From Candidatus Binatia bacterium (GTDB lineage Bacteria; Desulfobacterota; Binatia; Bin18), in contig OY761159.2 in assembly GCA_963664395.2 (NCBI GenBank), forward strand, positions 288,001 through 352,000: a DNA stretch of 64,000 nucleotides, in the 5' to 3' direction. This document shows positions 56,189 to 64,000 of the stretch, piece after piece; position 1 is the first letter of the stretch, and each line of letters begins with the position of its first letter. The notes beneath the pieces were generated by a model. It worked only from the letters and a program-made list of their open reading frames with translations, ran no database searches and was not told the origin of the DNA. The position numbers were made by a program, and so were the translations under genes.

Positions 56189-58325
56189 CTTGTTTATCTT
56201 TCGCCTCTTCCGCAGTGTCCGCATTATCCATTTGTCCGCCTACCTCGGCCAGGAGTTCGTCAAGCTGTCGCCCGGCCGGGTGCATGACATAATTGCGGTA
56301 GGCATCGCAGACCAGACGATAGCCGGGCGGTACAAGGACAGTTGTGTTGGCCTGTTCGATCAATGCCGGCCCGCTAAGAGCCATGCCACACTCAAACTTG
56401 TCCCCAGTATAGACAGAAACGTTGTGGGGCGTACCGGAGAAGTACGCTTGACGCTTGCCTTTGAACGCGAGGGTCGGGTCTTTTCCCACAAACGGGCCTG
56501 GTGTGAGCCGCGGTTTCTCGGTGAGCCCCAGTGCCTTGACACGCAGGTTAATCATTTCCAAAGGAGCTCCCGGCATGGCATACCCATACAGAGTCTCATG
56601 CAGATTATGAAAACGTAGGGCTGCCGCATCCAGGTCAGATGCAGACAGAGAAGACCGAACCGGAACTTCTACCTCGTGAAATTGGCCGATATAGCGTACA
56701 TCGAACGTAGCGCGGAGCTGTATTTTATCCGCTGGGATGCCTTCTGCTGCTAACGTCGCGCGCGCGTGTTCCTCAATCTCCCTCAGCCTGCGGTTGATCT
56801 CGTCGAGGGCGAGGGCGTCCCACTCTCGCGTGAACGTCTGTACATAATCATGCTGTAAATCAGAGATCAGCATGCCAGCCGCACAGAACACCGACGACTC
56901 CTGGGGAACCAAAATAAGCGGAATGTCCAGTTCTCGGGCTATCATCCCGGCGTGCAGTGGGCCTGCTCCACCTGCAACCACGAGAGCAAACTCACGCGGA
57001 TCATAGCCCCGTTCGACCGAAACCCCCTGAAGCGCAGCCGCCATGTTGGCGTTCACAATACGATAGATACCTTCGGCGGCCTCAAGAGGAGACAGGCCCA
57101 AAGGCGCTGCGATCCTGTGTGTAATCGCGAGTTGAGCAGCGTTATAATCAAGTGGCATCTCTCCACCTAAAAACCCATCTGAAGCAAGATAGCCAAGAAC
57201 CAGGTCAGCATCTGTCACTGTGGGTTCGATTCCGCCGCGGCCGTAACACACCGGACCCGGCTCAGCCCCGGCACTCTTGGGCCCGACCTGAAGAATCCCC
57301 CCGGCATCGATCCAGGCAATGCTGCCCCCACCGGCGCCGACCGTATGAATATCAAGCAGAGGAAGGGCAAGCCGATGGCCGCCAATCTCGCCCTCCGTTG
57401 TTGTTACCGGCTGGCGATCATGGATGAGACAGGCATCAAAACTGGTACCGCCCATGTCAACAGTGATCACATCACGCAAGGCGTAGGTGTCGCCATAGAA
57501 CACCCCTGCCATGGGTCCGCCGGCCGGGCCGGACAAGAGGGTATTCGCGGCAAAGCGACGTGTCATGCGTGGCGACATCACTCCGCCGTTGGACTGCATA
57601 ATGAGCAAGACGCCGGTAAATCCGGATTCATCCAACTGGCTTTCAAGCTGAGTCAGATAGCGAGCCAGCGGGGGACCGACTGTGGCGTTGAGCACTGTGG
57701 TGGAATGTCGTTCGTATACCCGAATCTGCGGCAGGACTTCGGAGGATAAAGACACATACACATCGGGTAAAGCCTCCTGGATAAGCTGGCCGGTTCGTCG
57801 CTCATGGGCGGGATGTAAGAAAGACCACAGATAACTAACCGCCACCGCCTCAATACCATTCGCCCGGATGTGTTCAATCGCGTCAATCACATCCGGTTCA
57901 TACAGGGGGATAACTACTTCTCCCTCAACATTGACCCGTTCTGCAATAGGATAAATACGTGCACGGGGAACCAGAGGGGGTGGCGGACTGTATTTGCTAT
58001 CGTACTGACGTTCGCGCAGCCCACGCCGCATATTGAGCACATCGCGGAAGCCTCTCGTCGTAAGAAAGGCGGTTTTGGCCCCTTCTCCGGTTAAGACAGC
58101 ATTGGTCGTAATAGTCGTACCGTGAACGATGACGCTGACGCGGCTGAGAAACTCCGACAGTACAAGACCAAAAGAAGCGGCTATCTTCCGCAGCCCTTGT
58201 ACTACGCCGACTTCAGGCTGCTGTGGCGTGGTCTGCGTCTTATGGACTGTGGCTGCGCCCTGCGAGTCAGTGACAAGAAAGTCGGTAAACGTTCCACCGA
58301 CATCAATACCGATTTTATATTCCAT
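56181..58325 (-). CDS. Hydantoinase A/oxoprolinase family protein
   Basis: IDVGGTFTD, HGTT.TTNA, SGPAGG, DMGGTSFD, GAGGGSIA, SAGAEPGP. Confidence 0.95.
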   Translation of the reverse strand: MEYKIGIDVGGTFTDFLVTDSQGAATVHKTQTTPQQPEVGVVQGLRKIAASFGLVLSEFLSRVSVIVHGTTITTNAVLTGEGAKTAFLTTRGFRDVLNMRRGLRERQYDSKYSPPPPLVPRARIYPIAERVNVEGEVVIPLYEPDVIDAIEHIRANGIEAVAVSYLWSFLHPAHERRTGQLIQEALPDVYVSLSSEVLPQIRVYERHSTTVLNATVGPPLARYLTQLESQLDESGFTGVLLIMQSNGGVMSPRMTRRFAANTLLSGPAGGPMAGVFYGDTYALRDVITVDMGGTSFDACLIHDRQPVTTTEGEIGGHRLALPLLDIHTVGAGGGSIAWIDAGGILQVGPKSAGAEPGPVCYGRGGIEPTVTDADLVLGYLASDGFLGGEMPLDYNAAQLAITHRIAAPLGLSPLEAAEGIYRIVNANMAAALQGVSVERGYDPREFALVVAGGAGPLHAGMIARELDIPLILVPQESSVFCAAGMLISDLQHDYVQTFTREWDALALDEINRRLREIEEHARATLAAEGIPADKIQLRATFDVRYIGQFHEVEVPVRSSLSASDLDAAALRFHNLHETLYGYAMPGAPLEMINLRVKALGLTEKPRLTPGPFVGKDPTLAFKGKRQAYFSGTPHNVSVYTGDKFECGMALSGPALIEQANTTVLVPPGYRLVCDAYRNYVMHPAGRQLDELLAEVGGQMDNADTAEEAKDKQDA

Positions 58326-58399
58326 GGCTGATTTTATATTCCATGAGCACGCCTTGGGATGAAGAGTACGCAGAGACGGGCAGGCCGCCCCGGCGTATT

Positions 58400-58443
58400 C
58401 GGTCAGGTCTCCGGTCAGGTCTCCGGTCGGGTCTCCGGTCAGG
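58400..58443. repeat. 12-bp tandem repeat (cggtcaggtctc, ~3.7 units)
   Basis: Directly visible, starting at the DUF35 gene stop. Confidence 0.85.
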
Positions 58444-58879
58444 GCTCTTTGATGAGCACAAATGTCGGCACATAGCGCTCGTCACCCTCGGGGTCTTGCC
58501 CAACCGCAGACGGGAGGAGTCGGACAGGGCGCCCCCGCTCAACCTGGTTGGCCTCAGTTTCAACAAGCCGGGTGAAGATCCGCAGCCCTGCGATAAAGAC
58601 CACTGCGAAAATCAATGGACGCGGAAAGCCCGGAGGGATGCCGGTGTCCTGAACGGTATACGCGTGTATCGTCCCCTGGCTCGGCAACTCGATCCAGTCG
58701 AGCTGATCTGAGAGACACCCCGGACACACCACACGCGGGGGCCAATGGCGCTGGTCACACTGCGGGCATGATGTGGTGACCAGCTTTTGCGACCGCAGGG
58801 CGTCATAAAACGGCGCCAGTCGAGTGTTCTTTTTGCTCTGGAGAGGAAAGGGATCAAGGGCGCGGAAATAATCGCTCAT
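58439..58879 (-). CDS. DUF35 Zn-ribbon/OB-fold protein
   Basis: CPQC..RHWPPRVVCPGC...GTIHAYTV, next to a thiolase. Confidence 0.9.
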   Translation of the reverse strand: MSDYFRALDPFPLQSKKNTRLAPFYDALRSQKLVTTSCPQCDQRHWPPRVVCPGCLSDQLDWIELPSQGTIHAYTVQDTGIPPGFPRPLIFAVVFIAGLRIFTRLVETEANQVERGRPVRLLPSAVGQDPEGDERYVPTFVLIKEP

Positions 58880-58885
58880 AGGCTG

Positions 58886-60055
58886 CTACTCCCGCCCGTA
58901 AATCATGACCAGGTGCTCACCCATGCCACTATTATTGTGTGTCAGTCCGATGTGCGCCTCCGGGACTTGCCGTTCACCGGCTTCCCCGCGCAGTTGCCAA
59001 AAGGCTTCGACCCCCTGGGCCACCCCCGTGGCTCCAAGCGGGTGTCCGCAACCCATAAGCCCGCCACGCGGATTGACGACCACGTCACCGCCGTAATCGG
59101 ACCGCCCATCCGCGGCAAACGGGCCACCTTCGCCCTTGTCGCAGAATCCGAGCTCTTCATAGGCAATGATCTCGGCGATGGCAAAACAGTCGTGGACCTC
59201 AGCAAAATCGATCTCGCCCGCCCGTATCCTGGCCATGGCATAGGCATCCCCGGCTGCCTGTTTCAGGGCTGGCCAGCTGGCATAGTCAGGGTCGAGGCTG
59301 GAGACGGAAAACCCATGCACAGCCTGTCCGGTTCCGCGGATAAAGACCGGCTTGTCCGTAATATCTTTAGCTCGCTCTTCACTCGCCAGGATAACGGCGG
59401 CAGCACCATCGGTGATAGGCGAACACATAAACAGCCGGAGCGGAGAGGCGATCATGCGCGAGCACACGACAGCGTCCAAGGTGACACCGTTCTGAAAGTG
59501 CGCATATGGATTCTTGCTCGAATGGGTGTGATTTTTGACAGCCACCTGAGCAAGCTGATCCTCCGTTGTGCCGTATTCAGCCATGTGCAGCTGAGCGGCC
59601 AGGGCAAAAGAAGGTGGCGCGGTGAGTCCAAAACAGGCTTCCCAGTCACGGTCTACCCCAGTTCCCATGTTGAGAATGGCCTCGCCCATATTGGGCAGAT
59701 TCAGCTTCTCAACCCCAAGTACCATCACAAGATCGGCTAGGCCGGCGGCAATAAACGCATAGGCATAGCGTATCCCTACGCTGCCACTGGCGCACATATG
59801 TTCGGTCCGGGCCGAGAGCTTGCGAGGCTGAATGCCCAGCGTTTCCGCGGCAAGCGGAGCAATATGACTTTGAAAGGCCGTTCGCTCTGGCAGGACGGTA
59901 CCCACGACCAATCCTTCGACATCCTTGGGTGTCAGTTGTGGAACAGAGGCAAAGCAGGCTTGACCCGCCTCAGCAAGCAATTCCCGAAAGCCCGCTTCTC
60001 GTACCCCAAAGCGTGACAGTCCCGCTCCAACCAGGGCCACCCGACGCATACGCAT
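58886..60055 (-). CDS. Thiolase (SCP2/archaeal-type)
   Basis: CASGS, AVKNH, CSPITDGAAA, EVHDCF, GHPLGATG. Confidence 0.9.
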   Translation of the reverse strand: MRMRRVALVGAGLSRFGVREAGFRELLAEAGQACFASVPQLTPKDVEGLVVGTVLPERTAFQSHIAPLAAETLGIQPRKLSARTEHMCASGSVGIRYAYAFIAAGLADLVMVLGVEKLNLPNMGEAILNMGTGVDRDWEACFGLTAPPSFALAAQLHMAEYGTTEDQLAQVAVKNHTHSSKNPYAHFQNGVTLDAVVCSRMIASPLRLFMCSPITDGAAAVILASEERAKDITDKPVFIRGTGQAVHGFSVSSLDPDYASWPALKQAAGDAYAMARIRAGEIDFAEVHDCFAIAEIIAYEELGFCDKGEGGPFAADGRSDYGGDVVVNPRGGLMGCGHPLGATGVAQGVEAFWQLRGEAGERQVPEAHIGLTHNNSGMGEHLVMIYGRE

Positions 60056-60130
60056 CTCCTTTTGTCTGAGACAGCCCTACCTAATCAAGAATTTTGTGTG
60101 CTGAAAAGGCTGTGGTGCTCTATAGGAGAC

Positions 60131-62050
60131 TTATTTTTTGTGTAGGGGCACGGCAGGCCGTGCCCCTACTTGCGCCTTGAGACGGTCACGCGTCTGTTTG
60201 GCCGCTTCCGTCTTCCCAGTCTTTTCATACAGCCGGGCAAGTTGCTCAAGCGTCTCGCGGGTCACCGGACTGTCTTTGGGAAGCGATTCCTCTTGGATGT
60301 GTGCCGCTCGCTCTACGAGCGGCACGGCCTCTTCATTTTTCCCCTGCTCTGCATAGAACGTCGCCTGGGTACGAAGATTCAGCGCGACGTTAGGATGATC
60401 TGAGCCAAGCGAAGCTTCCATGACTGAAGCCGCCTGCTCGTATAGGGGCAAGAAGGTTGCATACTCCTTGGTTTCCTGGAGGAGGTCAGCGATGCCGCTC
60501 AGTGTCGTTGCGAGGTTATTCAGACTGACCGCAATATCACGCTGCCCAGGCTCCAACGCCTTGGTCTCAACACTCAGGGCTTCTTCATAACAACGCTGCG
60601 ATGCTGTGAGGTCTCCGGCATCTTTTAGGAACAGCGCAAACTGATTCAGGCTCGTAGCAATGTTCGGATGGTCTTCACCCAGCGCTGTCTTCATGACCTG
60701 CACGGATCGTTCAAACAGCGGACGGGCGGTCTCAAAGTCACCATGCTGATGGTGCAGAGAAGCCAGGTTATTGAGACTGACCGCAACATTGGGATGGACC
60801 CCGCCGTATACCGTCTCAGTGATATGAAGCGCACGTTCGTACAAAGGCAAGGGACGGACTATGTCACCCCCCTCGCGCAGGGCTAAGGCCATATTGTTCA
60901 GATTCATAGCCACAACAGGGTGGTCTGGGCCAAGCGATTGTTCGTTAATCGCGATCACGCGTGCATAGACCTCTGCCGCCTCAGCGTAGTCTCGGACTTG
61001 ATACAGGAGAGACGCCAGGTTGTTCAGACTGGTCCCTACGTCCGGATGCGTCGGACCGTAGGCGGTTATATAAATCTCGGCAGCCCGCTCAAACATGGGT
61101 CTTGCTTTGGCAAATTCTCCTGTTTGATATAACGCCGCCCCGAGATTGTTGAGACTCGAAGCAACATCCGGATGTGACGGACCAAGCGCCGCTTCTCGGA
61201 TTTCGAGCGCGCGTTGTTGCAGTTTCTGTGCCTCGGTATAGTCGCCTATCTCTTTGATGAGCAGCCCCAGCCGAGTCAGATCGTCAGCAACAATGGGGTG
61301 CTGAGCACCGTGTGTTTGCTCATGAATGGAGAGCGCACTCTGGAGCAGCGTTCGTGCCCCAGTATACTTCTTAATCGCAATAAAAAGCTCACCCAGATTA
61401 TTCATACTGAGAGCGACCGCCGGATGTTCGCTGCCCAGTTGCTGCTCGTGAATCGCCAACGCCCGTTCAAAAAGCGGACGTGCCTCAGCGTACTGCTTTT
61501 GCTCTTTGTACAGCGTTGCCAGGTTGCCCAAGCTCACCGCAACTGCGGCATGCGACTGTCCATAGGCCGCCTCTGTAATGCTCAGGGCGCGCTCGAACAG
61601 CGGACGGGCAGCATCAAACTTCTGCTGGTCTTGGAGAACCAGGGCGAGATTGGTCAGACTCCGGACAATTCCGGGATGATTTTTCCCAAGCTCCTTCTCG
61701 TCAATTGCTAGCGCCCGTTCAAAGAGCGTGTGAGCTTCCGCGTATTGACGTGTCTTCTGGAGGAGGAGGGCCAGGTTATTGAGGCTTTGAGAGACGAGCG
61801 GATGGTCAGGGCCGGCGACCTTTTCCGTCTGCTCCAGGAGTTCGCGGGCAACGGGAATGGCTGCCTGAAATTTTCCAGCCGCGTGTAAGCGTCCGGCTTC
61901 TTCGGCTAATTGCTTGAGACGAGTCGCCGCTGATTCTTCTTCACCGAAAGCGGACGAAGCAAAACCAAGGATTGCAAAAAAGGCGGCAAGGGAAACAGCG
62001 ACGCTGAGGACTCGTCTGAGCCTATTCACTACAGGTGAGAGTCGAGACAT
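60131..62050 (-). CDS. Exported TPR protein (kinesin-light-chain-like 42-aa repeats)
   Basis: Signal peptide and about 13 GxxHPxVAxSLNNLA repeats, with no catalytic domain. Confidence 0.9.
   Translation of the reverse strand: MSRLSPVVNRLRRVLSVAVSLAAFFAILGFASSAFGEEESAATRLKQLAEEAGRLHAAGKFQAAIPVARELLEQTEKVAGPDHPLVSQSLNNLALLLQKTRQYAEAHTLFERALAIDEKELGKNHPGIVRSLTNLALVLQDQQKFDAARPLFERALSITEAAYGQSHAAVAVSLGNLATLYKEQKQYAEARPLFERALAIHEQQLGSEHPAVALSMNNLGELFIAIKKYTGARTLLQSALSIHEQTHGAQHPIVADDLTRLGLLIKEIGDYTEAQKLQQRALEIREAALGPSHPDVASSLNNLGAALYQTGEFAKARPMFERAAEIYITAYGPTHPDVGTSLNNLASLLYQVRDYAEAAEVYARVIAINEQSLGPDHPVVAMNLNNMALALREGGDIVRPLPLYERALHITETVYGGVHPNVAVSLNNLASLHHQHGDFETARPLFERSVQVMKTALGEDHPNIATSLNQFALFLKDAGDLTASQRCYEEALSVETKALEPGQRDIAVSLNNLATTLSGIADLLQETKEYATFLPLYEQAASVMEASLGSDHPNVALNLRTQATFYAEQGKNEEAVPLVERAAHIQEESLPKDSPVTRETLEQLARLYEKTGKTEAAKQTRDRLKAQVGARPAVPLHKK
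60142..60169. repeat. GTAGGGGC-type REP palindrome inside the TPR gene 3' end
   Basis: GTAGGGGCACGGC-AG-GCCGTGCCCCTAC, encoding VGARPAVPL. Confidence 0.8.
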
Positions 62051-62084
62051 GAGGAGAGATCCAGAGCCCAGCTTTGAAGAAATA

Positions 62085-62531
62085 TTATTTCGTATGCACT
62101 ACCTCATCGGGCGAAGAAATGACTTCTTCAGAGGGCTTCTGAAAGGTTTCCGTCACGTCAAAGGAGCCACGTAACGAGTATACGTCATCTTTGAACATGG
62201 GTAAGTGAGAATAATAAGCACGGTGGTAATAGCAGCCCAAGCCCTCACCTGGCTCGGCTGTTTTTTCTTCGAAGATAACGTCGAAAAGCGCACCGTCCCC
62301 ACTCTTCGTCGGTTCAACGTGACCCTTTTCAGTCAGGCTATCGGCACTATTTTCCTGAACCGGCGTCATCGCCGGCGTCATGGGTTGATGAGAAGGGTTT
62401 TCAAATTTATCGAGCCAGCCGTAATACGGGGAGACTTTCTGGGAAGTTGGTTGCGGCTCTTCTTCTGCCCAGAGAGAGCCGGTGACAAACACAACACTAA
62501 GGATCAGAACGATAGTCAGTGTGTTTTTCAT
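62085..62531 (-). pseudogene. Truncated paralog of the adjacent DUF1329 protein
   Basis: Signal peptide, and LGCYYHRAYYSHLPMF resembles LGTFYHKAYHSQLPMF of 62629-64000. Much shorter than the neighbour. Confidence 0.55.
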
Positions 62532-62580
62532 ACTGAAGCCCATCCTTCCCACCGTTCTCTTATTTGAACCCGAAACGTAC

Positions 62581-62608
62581 AAGGGGGAGCAGATATCTGC
62601 TCCCCCTT
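62581..62608. terminator. Perfect palindrome downstream of the DUF1329 gene
   Basis: aagggggagcagatatctgctccccctt. Confidence 0.65.
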
Positions 62609-62628
62609 GAGGATGTCTTATGAGACTG

Positions 62629-64000
62629 TTAGCGGTGCAACTCAGTCAGACGGTTGAGGTCATAGAGGCCGTTGATGTACTCCAGCGAGAAGTCAGGCAG
62701 GCCACCGCCATATTCACGCCACAGGTTGCCACGACCGTTCTGAATGTCGACCGTGTCAACGTTCCGCCAATGCACCGCGCCACGGTTTTCGTTCATGAAT
62801 TTATACCTATTGGCATCATCCGCCCACGCGTAGCCCCACTGCCACAGCTTCCACAGCTTGCCCTTACGGTCGAAAGCAACGTGGTTCCAGGTTTCCCAGC
62901 TTTCCGGATCGATCGCCATAATGGCGCTCTTGTACGGATGACGGGGGTCTTTCGGGATACGTTCCAATACGAAAAGCTCACGGACCTGCCAAACGTCGTC
63001 ATTCAGCCAGCCGTCAGGTCCACCATAGCGAACCCCATCGTCTTCATGCTCCGTCTTAATGTGGACGGCAAGGAACTTCTTCTTACCCCAGAACTTCCAG
63101 TCCCACTCAAGCGGGCGCCCGGAAAAGCCATAGAAGTCTTCCAGCGTATGCTCGGTTCCCATCAGCGAGTCGGATTTCACCTCAGCCGAAATACGGCGCA
63201 CACGGCGTAAGCTGGGAACATAGGCCCAACCATCATCGGTTCGGCGGGGGTCAATATAGCGGGAAATGATAAAAGCTGTTCCCCGAACATCGTACGGCGA
63301 GAAGAATCCGGTAAATTCCTTCCAGTGGACGATCGCCGCGTCTTCATTCTCCGGCAACATGTAGTTAGTATCCGGGAACATCGGCAGCTGCGAGTGATAC
63401 GCTTTGTGGTAGAAGGTCCCTAAGCTACGCTCGTAGGTTCCCCCGCCACCGTAAATCTTCTCGGTATCGTAGCTCCAGTCCGTGTCGAGATCGATCTCTT
63501 CACCCGACCAGGATTCGGGTGGCTTCTCCGGCTCCGGAGCGGTGTGTTCGCCACCAAAGCGCAGCCATGTGGTGAGCGCGTTCGCAACGAAATATCCACG
63601 CCAGTAGAAGCGTTTGTCATAATTCCAGGCCGTCTTCATCCCGGCGATATCGTCGCTGCCCTCGCTCAGGATATCCTCATTTGAGAAAGGATAGCCGCAC
63701 ACATAGTTCTCAAGCGCTCCATCAGCAGCAAGTGCAACCTGCTTCTGATATTTCTCGTTACACTCCAGGACGGTCTGGTGCGGTTGCACGTGATAGGTCT
63801 CTACAACCTTCATATTGAGCGAGCCGTCGTTCCATTTCTCAAACTGCTCGAAATAGCCGGGAAACATAAACGGCTTCACCTTGGGCAGGTCAGCATGGGT
63901 GAGGACATCACCGGCTTTAAATTCCGGCTCAGCGTCCTTGGTTTCGCTGAACCATTGGACAAATGTGTCGTATGTATACTGCGTGGGGTCACCGCTCTGC
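62629..64000 (-). CDS. DUF1329 family protein, 5'-partial
   Basis: Frame open to the window end. G.PF, AWN, DDGWAYVPSLRRVRR, EDFYGFSG, HPY, FDRKGKLWK. Confidence 0.85.
   Translation of the reverse strand, partial: QSGDPTQYTYDTFVQWFSETKDAEPEFKAGDVLTHADLPKVKPFMFPGYFEQFEKWNDGSLNMKVVETYHVQPHQTVLECNEKYQKQVALAADGALENYVCGYPFSNEDILSEGSDDIAGMKTAWNYDKRFYWRGYFVANALTTWLRFGGEHTAPEPEKPPESWSGEEIDLDTDWSYDTEKIYGGGGTYERSLGTFYHKAYHSQLPMFPDTNYMLPENEDAAIVHWKEFTGFFSPYDVRGTAFIISRYIDPRRTDDGWAYVPSLRRVRRISAEVKSDSLMGTEHTLEDFYGFSGRPLEWDWKFWGKKKFLAVHIKTEHEDDGVRYGGPDGWLNDDVWQVRELFVLERIPKDPRHPYKSAIMAIDPESWETWNHVAFDRKGKLWKLWQWGYAWADDANRYKFMNENRGAVHWRNVDTVDIQNGRGNLWREYGGGLPDFSLEYINGLYDLNRLTELHR

Overview
A 64-kb chromosomal segment of a moderately GC-rich bacterium. 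The gene content (several luciferase-like/F420-type oxidoreductases, two hydantoinase/oxoprolinase A-B pairs, DUF1329 proteins, TPR and HEAT repeat proteins, an LRR/cadherin/FN3 fragment) suggests a Binatota/deltaproteobacteria-like heterotroph, possibly host- or sponge-associated; this is inference only. Most of the window is ordinary metabolism: bioFADB, acyl-ACP desaturase, CoA transferase/CitE, SDRs, TetR-P450, a class IV aminotransferase, rmlD and thiolase/DUF35. Three regions stand out. (1) A ~7.5-kb accessory island (2865-10380) with all genes on the minus strand and no integrase or transposase. It is bounded by two direct copies of a TTCAAACTGAGAC-C/A-CT-G/A-CC motif next to REP-like hairpins and contains a duplicated REP+antitoxin module and many abruptly truncated toxin-antitoxin and surface-protein genes. 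It also holds an intact operon with its own promoter (HTH-TM, DUF4258-like::YaaW fusion, 318-aa membrane protein, DUF4062) that is a candidate undescribed defence system. (2) A neutral-lipid storage cluster (26851-33017) with an Rv0474/MLDSR-like regulator, repeated operator-like motifs and a WS/DGAT lacking its catalytic His. (3) A second REP-anchored TA islet (53408-54434) inserted in a catabolic operon. No rRNA, tRNA or CRISPR array was recognised. All family assignments come from motif recognition by eye, not from database searches.
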